Part shown: in pieces, positions 38,156 through 48,400 of the stretch | How the letters are laid out: every line of letters starts with the position of its first letter | Numbering within the stretch: position 1 is the stretch's first letter | DNA from: a virus | Lineage: Duplodnaviria > Heunggongvirae > Uroviricota > Caudoviricetes | DNA: 64,000 nucleotides | Direction: 5' to 3' (one strand) | IMG/VR virus record: IMGVR_UViG_2526164631_000023 | Translations under genes and position numbers: made by a program | The notes under the pieces: model-generated | Databases searched by the model: none | What the model was told of the DNA's origin: nothing | The model's input: the letters and a program-made list of their open reading frames with translations, nothing else

Positions 38156-39154
38156 ATGCAATCACTGAATACTGTTACGGATCGCTTCTCCCTGGTAGAG
38201 AAAATCCGCAAACACACACCGCAGAACAACCGAAATTACGTCATTCAGTCGGTACGAGACACATTCAACTCGCCAGAAACAAAAGAGCGTATCGCGCTGG
38301 GTGAGATGTATGGTTATTACGGTCATGGTCGCCGGGCGATGCACTATAACAAAACGAAAAGCCTGAACTTGCCGGAAGTCTCTGTTGTGATGGTAGATGG
38401 GAAGCCTGTTGTATTGGAGAACGTGCCGTCAAACAGGACTATCGACATTTCGATTGACGACAACGGCATTGTTACTCATACGCAGGAAATACTGAATACA
38501 GACACCGGGCATATTGTTCAGGGCATGATTAATTCTGGTGCTGGTGGTTGGTCGTGGGCTACATCTGGTCCAGATTCATCGGTATCCCTGGTAAAGTCTT
38601 TCCACGGCTTTGATTACGTAACTGTGCCTAACTATATCAGCCTCGACAAGAAAAGCCTGATGCTTGAATCAGCAGAAGAGCGCGATGCGGCTATTCATGC
38701 AGCACTTATCGAACAAGGTTTTACCGATAACGCTGCTACGGATCTGGTTCACCACTTTTCAGCAATGAAAAATCAGCAAGCCATGCTCGAATCTGCACAT
38801 CGTGAAGCCCTGGAATCAGAATTGATGCTCCTTGAAGTGGAAAACATACAGCTTCGAGATAAGCTGCGCGCTCAAACAGCGATGATGGAAAGCCAGGGGG
38901 AAAATGCAAAGCAATGCCGCCGGATTTTGCGTGAAGCTATCCAGGAAATGCCTGTTTTTATCAGCGCAGAACAGCGCCGGGCGCTCTGCCGTATGCAGTC
39001 TGAAGATGATGCCCGCATAGTGGCTGCGATGCTTGAATCTCTTGGGGCAAATGCTACTTATGGCTTACCGGTATCAGGCAAGAAAGAACCAGAGTTATCA
39101 CCGAAGGAGAACAAAAACACTACCCCGTTACTCTTCGTTTCCAGAAGGGGGTAA
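38156..39154 (+). CDS. Candidate prohead protease/scaffold protein (332 aa)
   Basis: Globular N-terminal domain (GYYGHG, GGWSWATSG) plus long C-terminal coiled coil; position after candidate portal. Confidence 0.35.
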   Translation: MQSLNTVTDRFSLVEKIRKHTPQNNRNYVIQSVRDTFNSPETKERIALGEMYGYYGHGRRAMHYNKTKSLNLPEVSVVMVDGKPVVLENVPSNRTIDISIDDNGIVTHTQEILNTDTGHIVQGMINSGAGGWSWATSGPDSSVSLVKSFHGFDYVTVPNYISLDKKSLMLESAEERDAAIHAALIEQGFTDNAATDLVHHFSAMKNQQAMLESAHREALESELMLLEVENIQLRDKLRAQTAMMESQGENAKQCRRILREAIQEMPVFISAEQRRALCRMQSEDDARIVAAMLESLGANATYGLPVSGKKEPELSPKENKNTTPLLFVSRRG

Positions 39155-39164
39155 TCGCCTTGTT

Positions 39165-39184
39165 AAGTTAAATTTCTAACATAG
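39165..39184 (-). promoter_or_regulatory. Operator-like motif copy g (reverse: CTATGTTAGAAATTTAACTT)
   Basis: Matches dispersed operator consensus. Confidence 0.4.
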
Positions 39185-39269
39185 TGTATTTATATACACT
39201 GTTGATCCTGGTGGATGGGATCGAGTAGGATCGCGGTCACTGCTCCGGTAGCGACTGCCAAAAAAGCAA

Positions 39270-39292
39270 AAGCCGCTGAGAAGCGGCTTTTT
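39270..39292 (+). terminator. Intrinsic terminator after candidate protease gene
   Basis: aagccgct gaga agcggctt followed by TTTT. Confidence 0.6.
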
Positions 39293-39354
39293 GGGTGTAT
39301 AAATCCACTGCCATAGATTTATACGGTAGATAGATTTTTTCACGGAACTATCTG

Positions 39355-39843
39355 GTGAGTATTTTAAATTCAGTTTCAGTAACTTTCAACACTTCTGAGT
39401 ATAAAAACAACACTGAATACCACAAAAAAATCAAAGGTCATCAGTTGAGTTTTTTTGCTCGTCATAGCGGTCTTCTTTCCCCTTCACATAGCGCCATTAT
39501 TGCCGAGTTCGCCAACCTGGCAGGGTCTACCGATGAATACATGATCCGTCGCTCATATGCTGATATGTCCGAGATTACAGGACGCAGTATTTCTACTGTG
39601 CGCCGGGCATTTGCTGAAGCGACGAAGTGCGGAATGCTTGTTAAGCAACATCAGGTAGCGAATAACAATGCCCAGGTGTGTAACGTATATCGGTTTACGA
39701 CACAATTTCTCCACTTCATTCATGTAGCAATGGAGATAGGGGGTAAGCAGGGCATCAAATTTGCCAACGCCACAAAACTGGTTAAGCAGTTGATTTCAAA
39801 GGTTCGTTATTTTTTGAAACTGGGACCCCCCTGTTCAAATTGA
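39355..39843 (+). CDS. Helix-turn-helix DNA-binding protein (162 aa)
   Basis: MSEITGRSISTVRRAFAEATKCGML resembles an HTH. Confidence 0.4.
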   Translation: MSILNSVSVTFNTSEYKNNTEYHKKIKGHQLSFFARHSGLLSPSHSAIIAEFANLAGSTDEYMIRRSYADMSEITGRSISTVRRAFAEATKCGMLVKQHQVANNNAQVCNVYRFTTQFLHFIHVAMEIGGKQGIKFANATKLVKQLISKVRYFLKLGPPCSN

Positions 39844-40316
39844 ACAAGTCCCCCCATGTTCAAAATGAACAGCCAATAGAAAATAAGAGTCACTCTATAG
39901 CCAAAAGAAGAGAAAGATCATGCGCGGTTCAGCCAAAGGCTTCACCAGCAGATAGTTCTCAAACGGCTAACGTGGTGCTGGATAAAAAACCAGTAATCAG
40001 GGAAGAACATACCAACCACTGCCTGGCGGCGGCAAAAGCGAGAGCTGCAAAGCGTCGTTCAGACGAGGGGCACGCAAAACGGCAGGCTCTGTATCGTACC
40101 GCTGAAAAGCTGGCAAAAAAATTTGCATGGATACGTAGTGCCGCTACCGCAGTGAATAAGCCTAAACAATCCAGTGCCCTGGATTTCTCAATGGATTATT
40201 CTGGCTCCCAGGGGTGTGCAACCATTGGTGAAGCCTTTGACCTGATGAAACAGCGTGGCTATCGGTCTGAATTTGACCGTGAGGATTGGTCAATCCCGGC
40301 TGGCTTTAGGGGATGA
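39840..40316 (+). CDS. Hypothetical basic protein (158 aa)
   Basis: ORF overlapping previous stop. Confidence 0.3.
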   Translation: MNKSPHVQNEQPIENKSHSIAKRRERSCAVQPKASPADSSQTANVVLDKKPVIREEHTNHCLAAAKARAAKRRSDEGHAKRQALYRTAEKLAKKFAWIRSAATAVNKPKQSSALDFSMDYSGSQGCATIGEAFDLMKQRGYRSEFDREDWSIPAGFRG

Positions 40317-40368
40317 CCTGTGCGTCTACAAAACATCCCAATGATCGGAAAATGCTCGCTCAATAATT

Positions 40369-40387
40369 TGTGTTAGAAAATTAATTT
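40369..40387 (+). promoter_or_regulatory. Operator-like motif copy b (TGTGTTAGAAAATTAATTT)
   Basis: Heads a ~400-bp non-coding leader upstream of the small ORF and Rha-like gene. Confidence 0.45.
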
Positions 40388-40731
40388 GATGTTTCTAAAT
40401 CGGAATGTATGATCTGCATCATCGACTGAAGTCATCCATTGCTGAAATTTTTAGTTGATCTTCCATGTTTTCAGGCTTATATTCATGTCGTCGTAGCAAA
40501 TTCTGCGACCGGGTTTAGCAGCCTGAATACGAATGCGGACAACCGCAGATATCCGATATTGCGGTATTTTTGTGTCCGTAAAACCACGTTACGCCCGAAT
40601 TATGGTGGGGCGTGATGGGGAGGCTTCGGCCTGCTGGTTTCATTCGTGCCAGTCTGCTAACCCCGTCACGTCCTGCCACCCGTTTAGCAGCGGGTGCGCA
40701 GGTTGTTAAACCTACGAATGAGGCCGTAACT

Positions 40732-40956
40732 ATGGTTAATGCCAATCCTTGCTCGCGCCCGGAATTTATCTGGCGTTTCCACTCCCTGCAAAAACACTGC
40801 GATCACTTCGCAATTGCCGCAACTGAAAAAGAAGCCCGTTCTCTGATCCCTGATCAACATGGCGTCCTGACTGGCCGTTTCTCTACTTCATCACAACCAA
40901 ACACTAATCCTTGGTATCGCAATATTACCAATCCCGGAATTGCGGAGGCACACTGA
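40732..40956 (+). CDS. Small ORF (~74 aa) whose stop overlaps the start of the Rha-family gene (P1 icd-like arrangement)
   Basis: ATG at 40732 with SD gagg; TGATG overlap at 40954-40958. Confidence 0.3.
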   Translation: MVNANPCSRPEFIWRFHSLQKHCDHFAIAATEKEARSLIPDQHGVLTGRFSTSSQPNTNPWYRNITNPGIAEAH

Positions 40957-41663
40957 TGGATATCTGCATTCTTGAAAAGCCATCAATGACCAGCATTGAG
41001 ATCGCGGAGCTGGTGGGAAAACGTCATGACAATGTGAAGCGTACCATTGAAACATTAGCCGAATCCGGCGTTATTGTTCGTCCTCAAATTGAGGATGAAC
41101 CAAAAATAGATGTAATGGGGCGTTCTCGATTAATTCAGGTGTTCCGATTTAGCGACGAGCAAGGCAAACGAGACAGTATCATTGTAGTCGCACAGCTTTG
41201 TCCTGAGTTTACTGCCCGGCTGGTGGACCGCTGGCGCGAACTGGAAGAACAAGCACGCCAGCCGTTGACCGAAATAGAGATGATCGCCGCAATGGCTGCA
41301 AATGCAGTTCAGCAGCAAAAGCGGCTTCATGTTGTTGAGTCAAAGGTTAGCCAGGTGGTAGAAACCGTCGAGCAAATCAAGAAGGGCAACATGCCGGAAG
41401 GTTACATTGGCTACCGCCAGCTGGCGGCAAAATGCGGCCTGACCGAAGCCAAATGTCGCAACCTGGTTAACGCTTACCGGATTCCCACCGATACACATGA
41501 GTTTTTAACTCCAGAGGGGGTATTGTCGCGTCGTTCCATCGTGGCCTTATCTCCCTTCATGAATGCTTTTAACCGGATGATGTCGGAGGCTGAACACCGA
41601 GGAAAACGCTGGTATCACCCCAAAATGGGGCAATTCCAGGTGATCGGTTGGGGAGGTGAGTGA
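40956..41663 (+). CDS. Rha-family phage regulatory protein / antirepressor-like
   Basis: N-terminal MTSIEIAELVGKRHDNVKRTIETL typical of Rha domain; ATG at 40956 with SD ggagg. Confidence 0.6.
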   Translation: MDICILEKPSMTSIEIAELVGKRHDNVKRTIETLAESGVIVRPQIEDEPKIDVMGRSRLIQVFRFSDEQGKRDSIIVVAQLCPEFTARLVDRWRELEEQARQPLTEIEMIAAMAANAVQQQKRLHVVESKVSQVVETVEQIKKGNMPEGYIGYRQLAAKCGLTEAKCRNLVNAYRIPTDTHEFLTPEGVLSRRSIVALSPFMNAFNRMMSEAEHRGKRWYHPKMGQFQVIGWGGE

Positions 41664-41860
41664 TGGACATCATGCAGGCGGTAAAAAAAATCAGGGAAGG
41701 ACATGCTGAAGTGTGCCGCCGTAAAGCATGGAGTGTTGGTGTATGGGCCTGGCCTGATAATTACTCTACTACCGGATGGTTTTGTATTAATGGACTCCAG
41801 ATCCGGGAAGTTGATTTATCGACGGCTGATATAGTCGGTAATGATTGGATCGTGACTTGA
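41660..41860 (+). CDS. Small hypothetical protein (66 aa)
   Basis: ORF overlapping previous stop. Confidence 0.25.
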   Translation: MMDIMQAVKKIREGHAEVCRRKAWSVGVWAWPDNYSTTGWFCINGLQIREVDLSTADIVGNDWIVT

Positions 41861-41892
41861 AGCGTGATGCCCCGGCCTGGCCGGGGCTTTTT

Positions 41893-42378
41893 TCATGCCT
41901 CATTAGTTGAGGTTGCTGCGTCTCCGACTGGTAACAGAGCGGTATTGCGTGGTTCGCCAGCAGGCCAGCGATAGCCAGACACTCTTGATGTTGGGAATGC
42001 GCGAATATTAACCGCATCCCCCTGGTTCCCACCCAGGACAAGCAGATCGCCATTGGCGCGGCGTCCGACAACGAAGCCTACGTGCCCACCGCCTACGCGG
42101 GTAAATACAACGATACATCCGTATGCCGGTGTATCTAATTTCTCGCCCCAATCCAGATAGGATTTTGCCGACTCAAATCTTGTTGAGCGGATGCCTACAC
42201 GTTCCAGCATTGCACCGACAAATGCTGCGCACCACGGCGTTTCATCGTCTTTAATTCCGCCGCGCTTGATGTCGCGCCAGAACTGAACGATTTCAGGGTT
42301 GTGTTTAGCGCCTTTTATTTCAGTCAGGCCAATGTGCTTACGGGCTTCAATTAGCCAGCGAGGTTCAATGTTTGCCAT
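41893..42378 (-). CDS. CHAP/NlpC-P60-like Cys-His peptidase domain protein
   Basis: ETPWCAAFV (Cys) and GGHVGFVV (His) spacing typical of CHAP-type hydrolases; divergent from the DarB-like gene. Confidence 0.45.
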   Translation of the reverse strand: MANIEPRWLIEARKHIGLTEIKGAKHNPEIVQFWRDIKRGGIKDDETPWCAAFVGAMLERVGIRSTRFESAKSYLDWGEKLDTPAYGCIVVFTRVGGGHVGFVVGRRANGDLLVLGGNQGDAVNIRAFPTSRVSGYRWPAGEPRNTALLPVGDAATSTNEA

Positions 42379-42453
42379 ATTTTTCTCCCGGTCATGGGTT
42401 AATAAGTAGGCAAACTATGGGGAGTATGTGATTTTGACGGTAGTATCGTCCCC

Positions 42454-45400
42454 GTGAAAATAACATTCTCCATACCCTCTCAACCGTACCGCATAGCGGA
42501 ATTTTTACGGTTTAGAGGGGGAAATCCTTTGGACAAACTACTTCATTCAATCAGTGAAGCCTCCAGCTTAGGCGAACTGATTGAAATTGTTAGTCGGTTG
42601 CATAAATTACGAGCTGTTGCGACCTTTGGCGTCAGGAAAGCCGATGGCGTCAGTATTCAGAAAACACGCCGGGCAGCAAACAATGCCGCAGTAAATCTTC
42701 TTAATTCCCTTCCGCCCGGCTTCGATGGGGCGAAATTAACTGACGAACAACGTCAGATTCTTGCCGGGTATACCGGTGAAGGCGGCCTGACAGATGGTGA
42801 GGGCAGCCAATACGAATACTACACGCCACAGTTTATGGCTGAAGGTATATGGGATCTGTTTGCTGGCTACGGTATTGATGGCGGGCACGTACTGGAACCA
42901 TCAGCGGGCACAGGTATTTTCCAGGAGACAAAACGACAGGGCATGATAATGACCAGCGCCGAACTGTCTCCGATTTCCGGTCGAATAAACCAGCTTTTGC
43001 ACCCGGAAGACGATGTGAATATCGGGGCGTTTGAGGCGCTGGCGGCGAAAGACGCAATGTATGATCACGCTGTTGGTAACGTACCGTTTGGTGAAGGGCG
43101 TTCCGGTGTCGCCGGGCTTGATCCGGCATATGCAAACGAGAAGAACGTTGGCAATTACTTTGTGCTGCGCACGATCGACAAGGTTAAGCCTGGTGGGCTT
43201 ATCGTATTGGTGGTGCCGAATGGCATGACCGATGGTGCGAAATATAAAAAATTGCGCGATAAAGTCAGCCGTAAAGCGGAATTTTTGGGCGCGCATCGTA
43301 TGCCTTCCGGTACGTTCAGTGAATCAGGTACAGATACCGTGGTGGACGTATGGGTATTGCGTAAACACCCGGAAGCCTTCCTGGAGATGATCCCCGATAC
43401 GGATGATTCGACGCTCAAATCGGCAAACGTCCTTTGGGATACCTTCCTCAAAGGAAAATGGTTTACAACCGAAGGGAAGCGATTTGTTTACGGCGACATG
43501 GAACGTACCAGCTTCCGCAATACCCTGGTGGTGAAAAAAGACGGTCGTGTATCCAATGAGTCGATGAAAACCGCGCTATCTCGTCGCTTTGATAGTCGCA
43601 TCAATTGGGATTTGCTCGGCGTAACTACTCAGGCATGGCAGGGCGCGAAAGTGGGCGATAAACGCCTTGTAGGCGGTATCTGGCATGAGTTTGATGGTCT
43701 GAAATGGGTTAAGGACACGACAACCAAATCCTCCGCGCTTGATGTAAGTCGATATGGTGTTTCGACGTTTGGCGATCTGCAGATCGCGTTTCAGTCAACA
43801 AATGGCATTCTGGCTTTGTCATGGGACCAGATATCGGCGATCGCGTCTGACTATCCATCGGTTGTCAGTGATGAAGTGGCAGCAATGATTCGCTTTGCTG
43901 GCAAGCAGCGAGAAAAAGACAGGGAGCGCGTTATGCGCGGTGCACTGATAGGTCAGTTGATCAACAAGGCACTTGATTTGCGTAACCTGGGGGTGAACGT
44001 TGATGACAAACTGGCAGATGCATCCCGCCTGGCGGCAGCAGAAGTTGCGAAGTATGGACCACCGCACGCGATTAAGCTGAATGGGCTTGCTGAAGCTGGC
44101 GCTAAAAACTGGATGACGTTCACTGGCAATGTGAAACAGGATGGTTCCACTTCTGACCTTCTGGCAGGGCGACTTGATGTAACGGATGGTGCTGCCGGTA
44201 TTGACTTTACGCGTCCTGAACAAGTGATAGCACATCTTTTTAGTGATGTAGCCCTTAATCCTATAACGCTGGGCGACTTTCGTGAGGCGTTTGCTGGTGA
44301 ACTGCCAGAGGACGACGACGCGGCCCTTGAATACCTGGCGAAATTTGATGATATCGCTATTGATGGGTATGGCTGTCTGCTGCCGATGGACCGCGCCACC
44401 AGCGGCGATGTTGCAACCAAAACAGCACTGCTGATGGGCTGGCGTGATGCGTCAACAGGTGAGCAGAAAGCGAACTTTGAGCGTCAGTTGGCGAAAATCG
44501 AAGAGAAACGTATTTTCACGCCACTAAATAAAGTCACCGTTAATCTGAATGCCCGCTGGCTGGATCGCCGCTTGATAAAAGAGTTCCTGGCAGAGCAGGG
44601 CTATGACGAGTTTAAGTACACTGAACCTGATCTGAAGGTCGTCGATGGCATTCTGGTATCTCCGGACGATTACGAAGGTAAGGACGGGGTATTTACCGGC
44701 TATCAGCTACGAACCGTAAACGGCAAAAACGGGAATGAGTTCAAGAAGGCCAACAATAAAGACGGCTTCCTGAACCAGTTAGAAAACTACCTGAACGGTG
44801 TTAAACCGCGTGGGCAGAACGCTAACGAGTACCTGGATAAAATTGCTCAACTGGAAGTTAGTTTTAACGACTGGTTACGCACTCACCCGCAGGCTGATCA
44901 GATAGCCCGCGAGTATAACGACGCATTCAATGGTTTCATTCCGTTCACGCATTCTGACGCACCGCTTGGCCTGGAAGGGCTTAGTGGAAAGCGCATTCCT
45001 CTTACTTATCAGAATGAAGAAGTTCGGCGCTTGTCAGAAGATGGGCGCGGCATCATGGGATTTGGTACCGGGCTGGGTAAAACCACGACCGCGCTTGCGC
45101 TTGAGGCGTATAACTTCGAAACAGGTCGCACTAAACGCACGTGTATTGTTGTTCCGAAGGCGGTTTATCAGAACTGGTATCACGAGGCACAGAGTTTCTA
45201 CAGTGCTGATGCCTTCGCCAATATGATGTTTATCGGTTTGGATGAAGTTCGTGATGACAGCGGAAATATTCTGACCGCGCCGGTGCTTGATGAAAATGGC
45301 GAACCACGCCTCGACAGTAACGGGCAGCCTCTTACCAGAAATGTTGTGAAAGAGTCCGCCAGCGCCGTTATCGTTCAGCGTATGAACATGATCCCGTCGT

Positions 45401-48400
45401 CAAATTGGCGAACGGTCATCATGACAAAAGAACAATTCGCGTCTATCCCGCTACGAGAAAAAACCATCGAGGAGAACTCACAGCAAGCTGTCTTTAATGC
45501 TGTGGAAATGGGGCGTCTTGACCTGGCGTCCGGTAAACACCGTGATGCGCAGAAGAAGAACAAGATTAAGGATCAGGCCGCGAATACCGGTACAACGAAG
45601 AAGCAGAATATCCCGTACTTTGAGGATATGAACTTCGATAGCGTGATTGCCGACGAGGGGCATAATTACCGCAACTCCTTTAATGCCGGGCGTGAAGCGG
45701 GACAACTGGCATATTTGCCTAACCCGGCAGTATCCAAGATGGCCCGCGACATGGCTGTAAAAGCTGCGTACATGATGAAACGCAACAACGGGCGTGGTGT
45801 AGTCATGCTGACGGCAACTCCGCTGGTGAACAGTCCGATTGATGCCTTCAACATGCTGTCTACTGTCATTCCGCAGGAAGAGTGGATGCGCATGGGTATT
45901 GTTACGCCGGATGATTTCGTTCGCGTGTTCGGCAAAACAGCCACAGTTCAGGTTCAGAAAATTTCCGGTGAGGTGGAAGAGAAGCAGGGGCTGGTGGGCT
46001 TCCAGAACCTTGATGGTCTGCGTGGTATTTTCCACCGTTGGACCACTCTGAAGACTGCCGCAGATGTCGGAGCGACGGTTAAAATTCCCGATATCATCGA
46101 GAACACCTTGCAGATCCCGATGACAGGGGAGCAGGAGGCTGCTTATGAAGAGCTTCGTAAGCGTGCTCAGGAGTTAAGTCGCAATGATGAGCTGACAGTC
46201 GATGAAAACGGGCATATCACTAACGACAAACCGGATGATTTCATCTTCTCCATCATCCGCGACATGGATAAGGTTGCTATAGATCCGGATCTGTATGCCA
46301 GTGCGATTACATTCCAGTTCCCCGTTGAGCTTGCAGACAAGGTAAAAGCTATTGCTGATGCCCTGCCAAAAGTCGCAGGCGGTAAAGTGGCAGATGATGC
46401 AGACGAGGCCGAAGAAGACGGCGCTGGTGGACTGGTCAGTACGCGTACCAGCAAGGTAGTGAAGACCACCTTTAGTGAACATCCGGCGCATGTTGAAATA
46501 CGCGCCAGCATTGAACTGGAAGCTGAAATACTGAAGGCCATTGCTGCCGCCGGGATTGATCTGCAGCAGGTATCACACCCCATCCCACCGAAGTATGCCG
46601 CGCTGATCGAAAACCTTCGTGAAGGTCTGAAGAACGGTAAACAAATTGTCTTCATTGATGAAAAAGCCCAGCACCAGAAGCTGCGCCGTATTATCGCCAG
46701 TGCACTGCAAATGCCGGAGCAGGAGATAGGCATTATCAATGCGACGACCGTTAGCCAAGCTGGCGGCATCAAGCTGAAGAAGGTGAATAAACCGACTGAA
46801 CCTACTCCGAATAAAAACGGTGAATACAAAGAAGGGGCATGGGAAACCTACTACAGCAAACTTGCCCAATATGAGGATTATCTCTCAGCTAAAAATGATG
46901 CTGGCCTTGAGGGCATGGAAGGTATTGCCGCCGACTATAACGAAGGTCGCACGCGCATCATAATCTGTAACAAGAAGGCTGAAGTAGGTATTAACCTGCA
47001 CATCGGGACAACCGATATCCACCACCTGACACTACCCTGGACACCAGCCAGTATCGACCAACGAAATGGGCGCGGTGCGCGCGTAGGGTCACCGCAAGAG
47101 AAGGTCAATGTTCACTACTATTGTGGCAAAGGCACATTCGATGACTTCCGTCTGGATACGCTTAAACGTAAGAAAGACTGGATCAAGATGGTGATGACCT
47201 CCGACATGTCAGAGATCGCCAATGGTGATGCGGATGATGCTGATGAACGCGCCATTATGCTGGCGGCAAACCCGGAAGAACGCCGCGCAATCATGGCTCG
47301 CCAGGCGCAAGAGCGTGAAGAACGTCTGAAACTGAAAGCACAGCGCGAGGCCAACAATGCTCTCGATATCTACCTGAAAGCGGCAAACGCCGCCGGAAAA
47401 GATATCGGCATGATGGAGACAGAACTGAAAAGCGCGATGGAACAGATAGAGTATTACCAGCGAAATCTTGACGACCTGATAAAAGCGGGTACGAACAGGA
47501 ATGGGCAAAAATACGCGCTTGAGCAGTTGAGTAGCTACAGAAAACGTGCGCGGGTGCTGCGGTTTGCGATCACCAGGGCAAAAGACGCGGATACCATAAT
47601 GAAACGCTCTCGTGGTGATGTGGAGCGCGCTATTAAGTCTGGTGTGCTGGATATCAGTATCGATGTTATTCAGAACCCACAGGAATATATGCGCACTGAC
47701 AAGAATATCCTGTTGCATAAAGGTAGTTATTACCGTGCAGTCATTGATGATCGCGAAACAACAGCGATTGTCCGGGTGGAAAAAATTGACGGTGAAAAAG
47801 CACAATACCTCTGCCGTATCGCCTGGCTGGATAGAGCAAGTCGTTACGCTCGAGCACCGGGGTCAATCATTACATTGCCGTTTGACTCTGTGATTGAAGC
47901 GGTAACTTTTGAAGAGGGGGTAGCTGAATCGCGCGCAACGGCTGCGCGAGGTGTTCAGTGCCACCAGCTATCAACAATACTTACTCGCGATCAGTTCTAT
48001 GATGCTATTCGCAATGGGGTAATGAATGTTATTGCTGGTAAACCTGGTAATGCATGGGGCGGTGGGTCAGCTATTAAATACTGGGCATATCGCACAGATG
48101 ATGGTCAGATCGCGCTGTCATCGGCCTATGATGGCGTGATAGGCCAAAAAATCGGGCGAGCATCGGATATAGCACCTGAGCGATGGATATATCCTGATGG
48201 CAACGACGAGGCGCTGAAGCGTGAAGTGGCAAAAATACAAGCCAGTGATAACCCGCTGAATATCGTGGACGGCGAGGGATTCCTCCAGGCATTGTATGGG
48301 TATGATTACATCCAGGGAATGCAGGCATGGGGCGCACAGGCAACGATGGATGATGTTGCCCAGGAGTTCGAAAACTGGATGGCTGGGCGTGGTCTGTCAG

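Noticed and set aside
43819-47805. Multiple minus-strand ORFs (up to 220 aa) inside the DarB-like gene
   Set aside because: All antisense to a 6.9-kb CDS with clear methyltransferase and helicase motifs; no independent signals.
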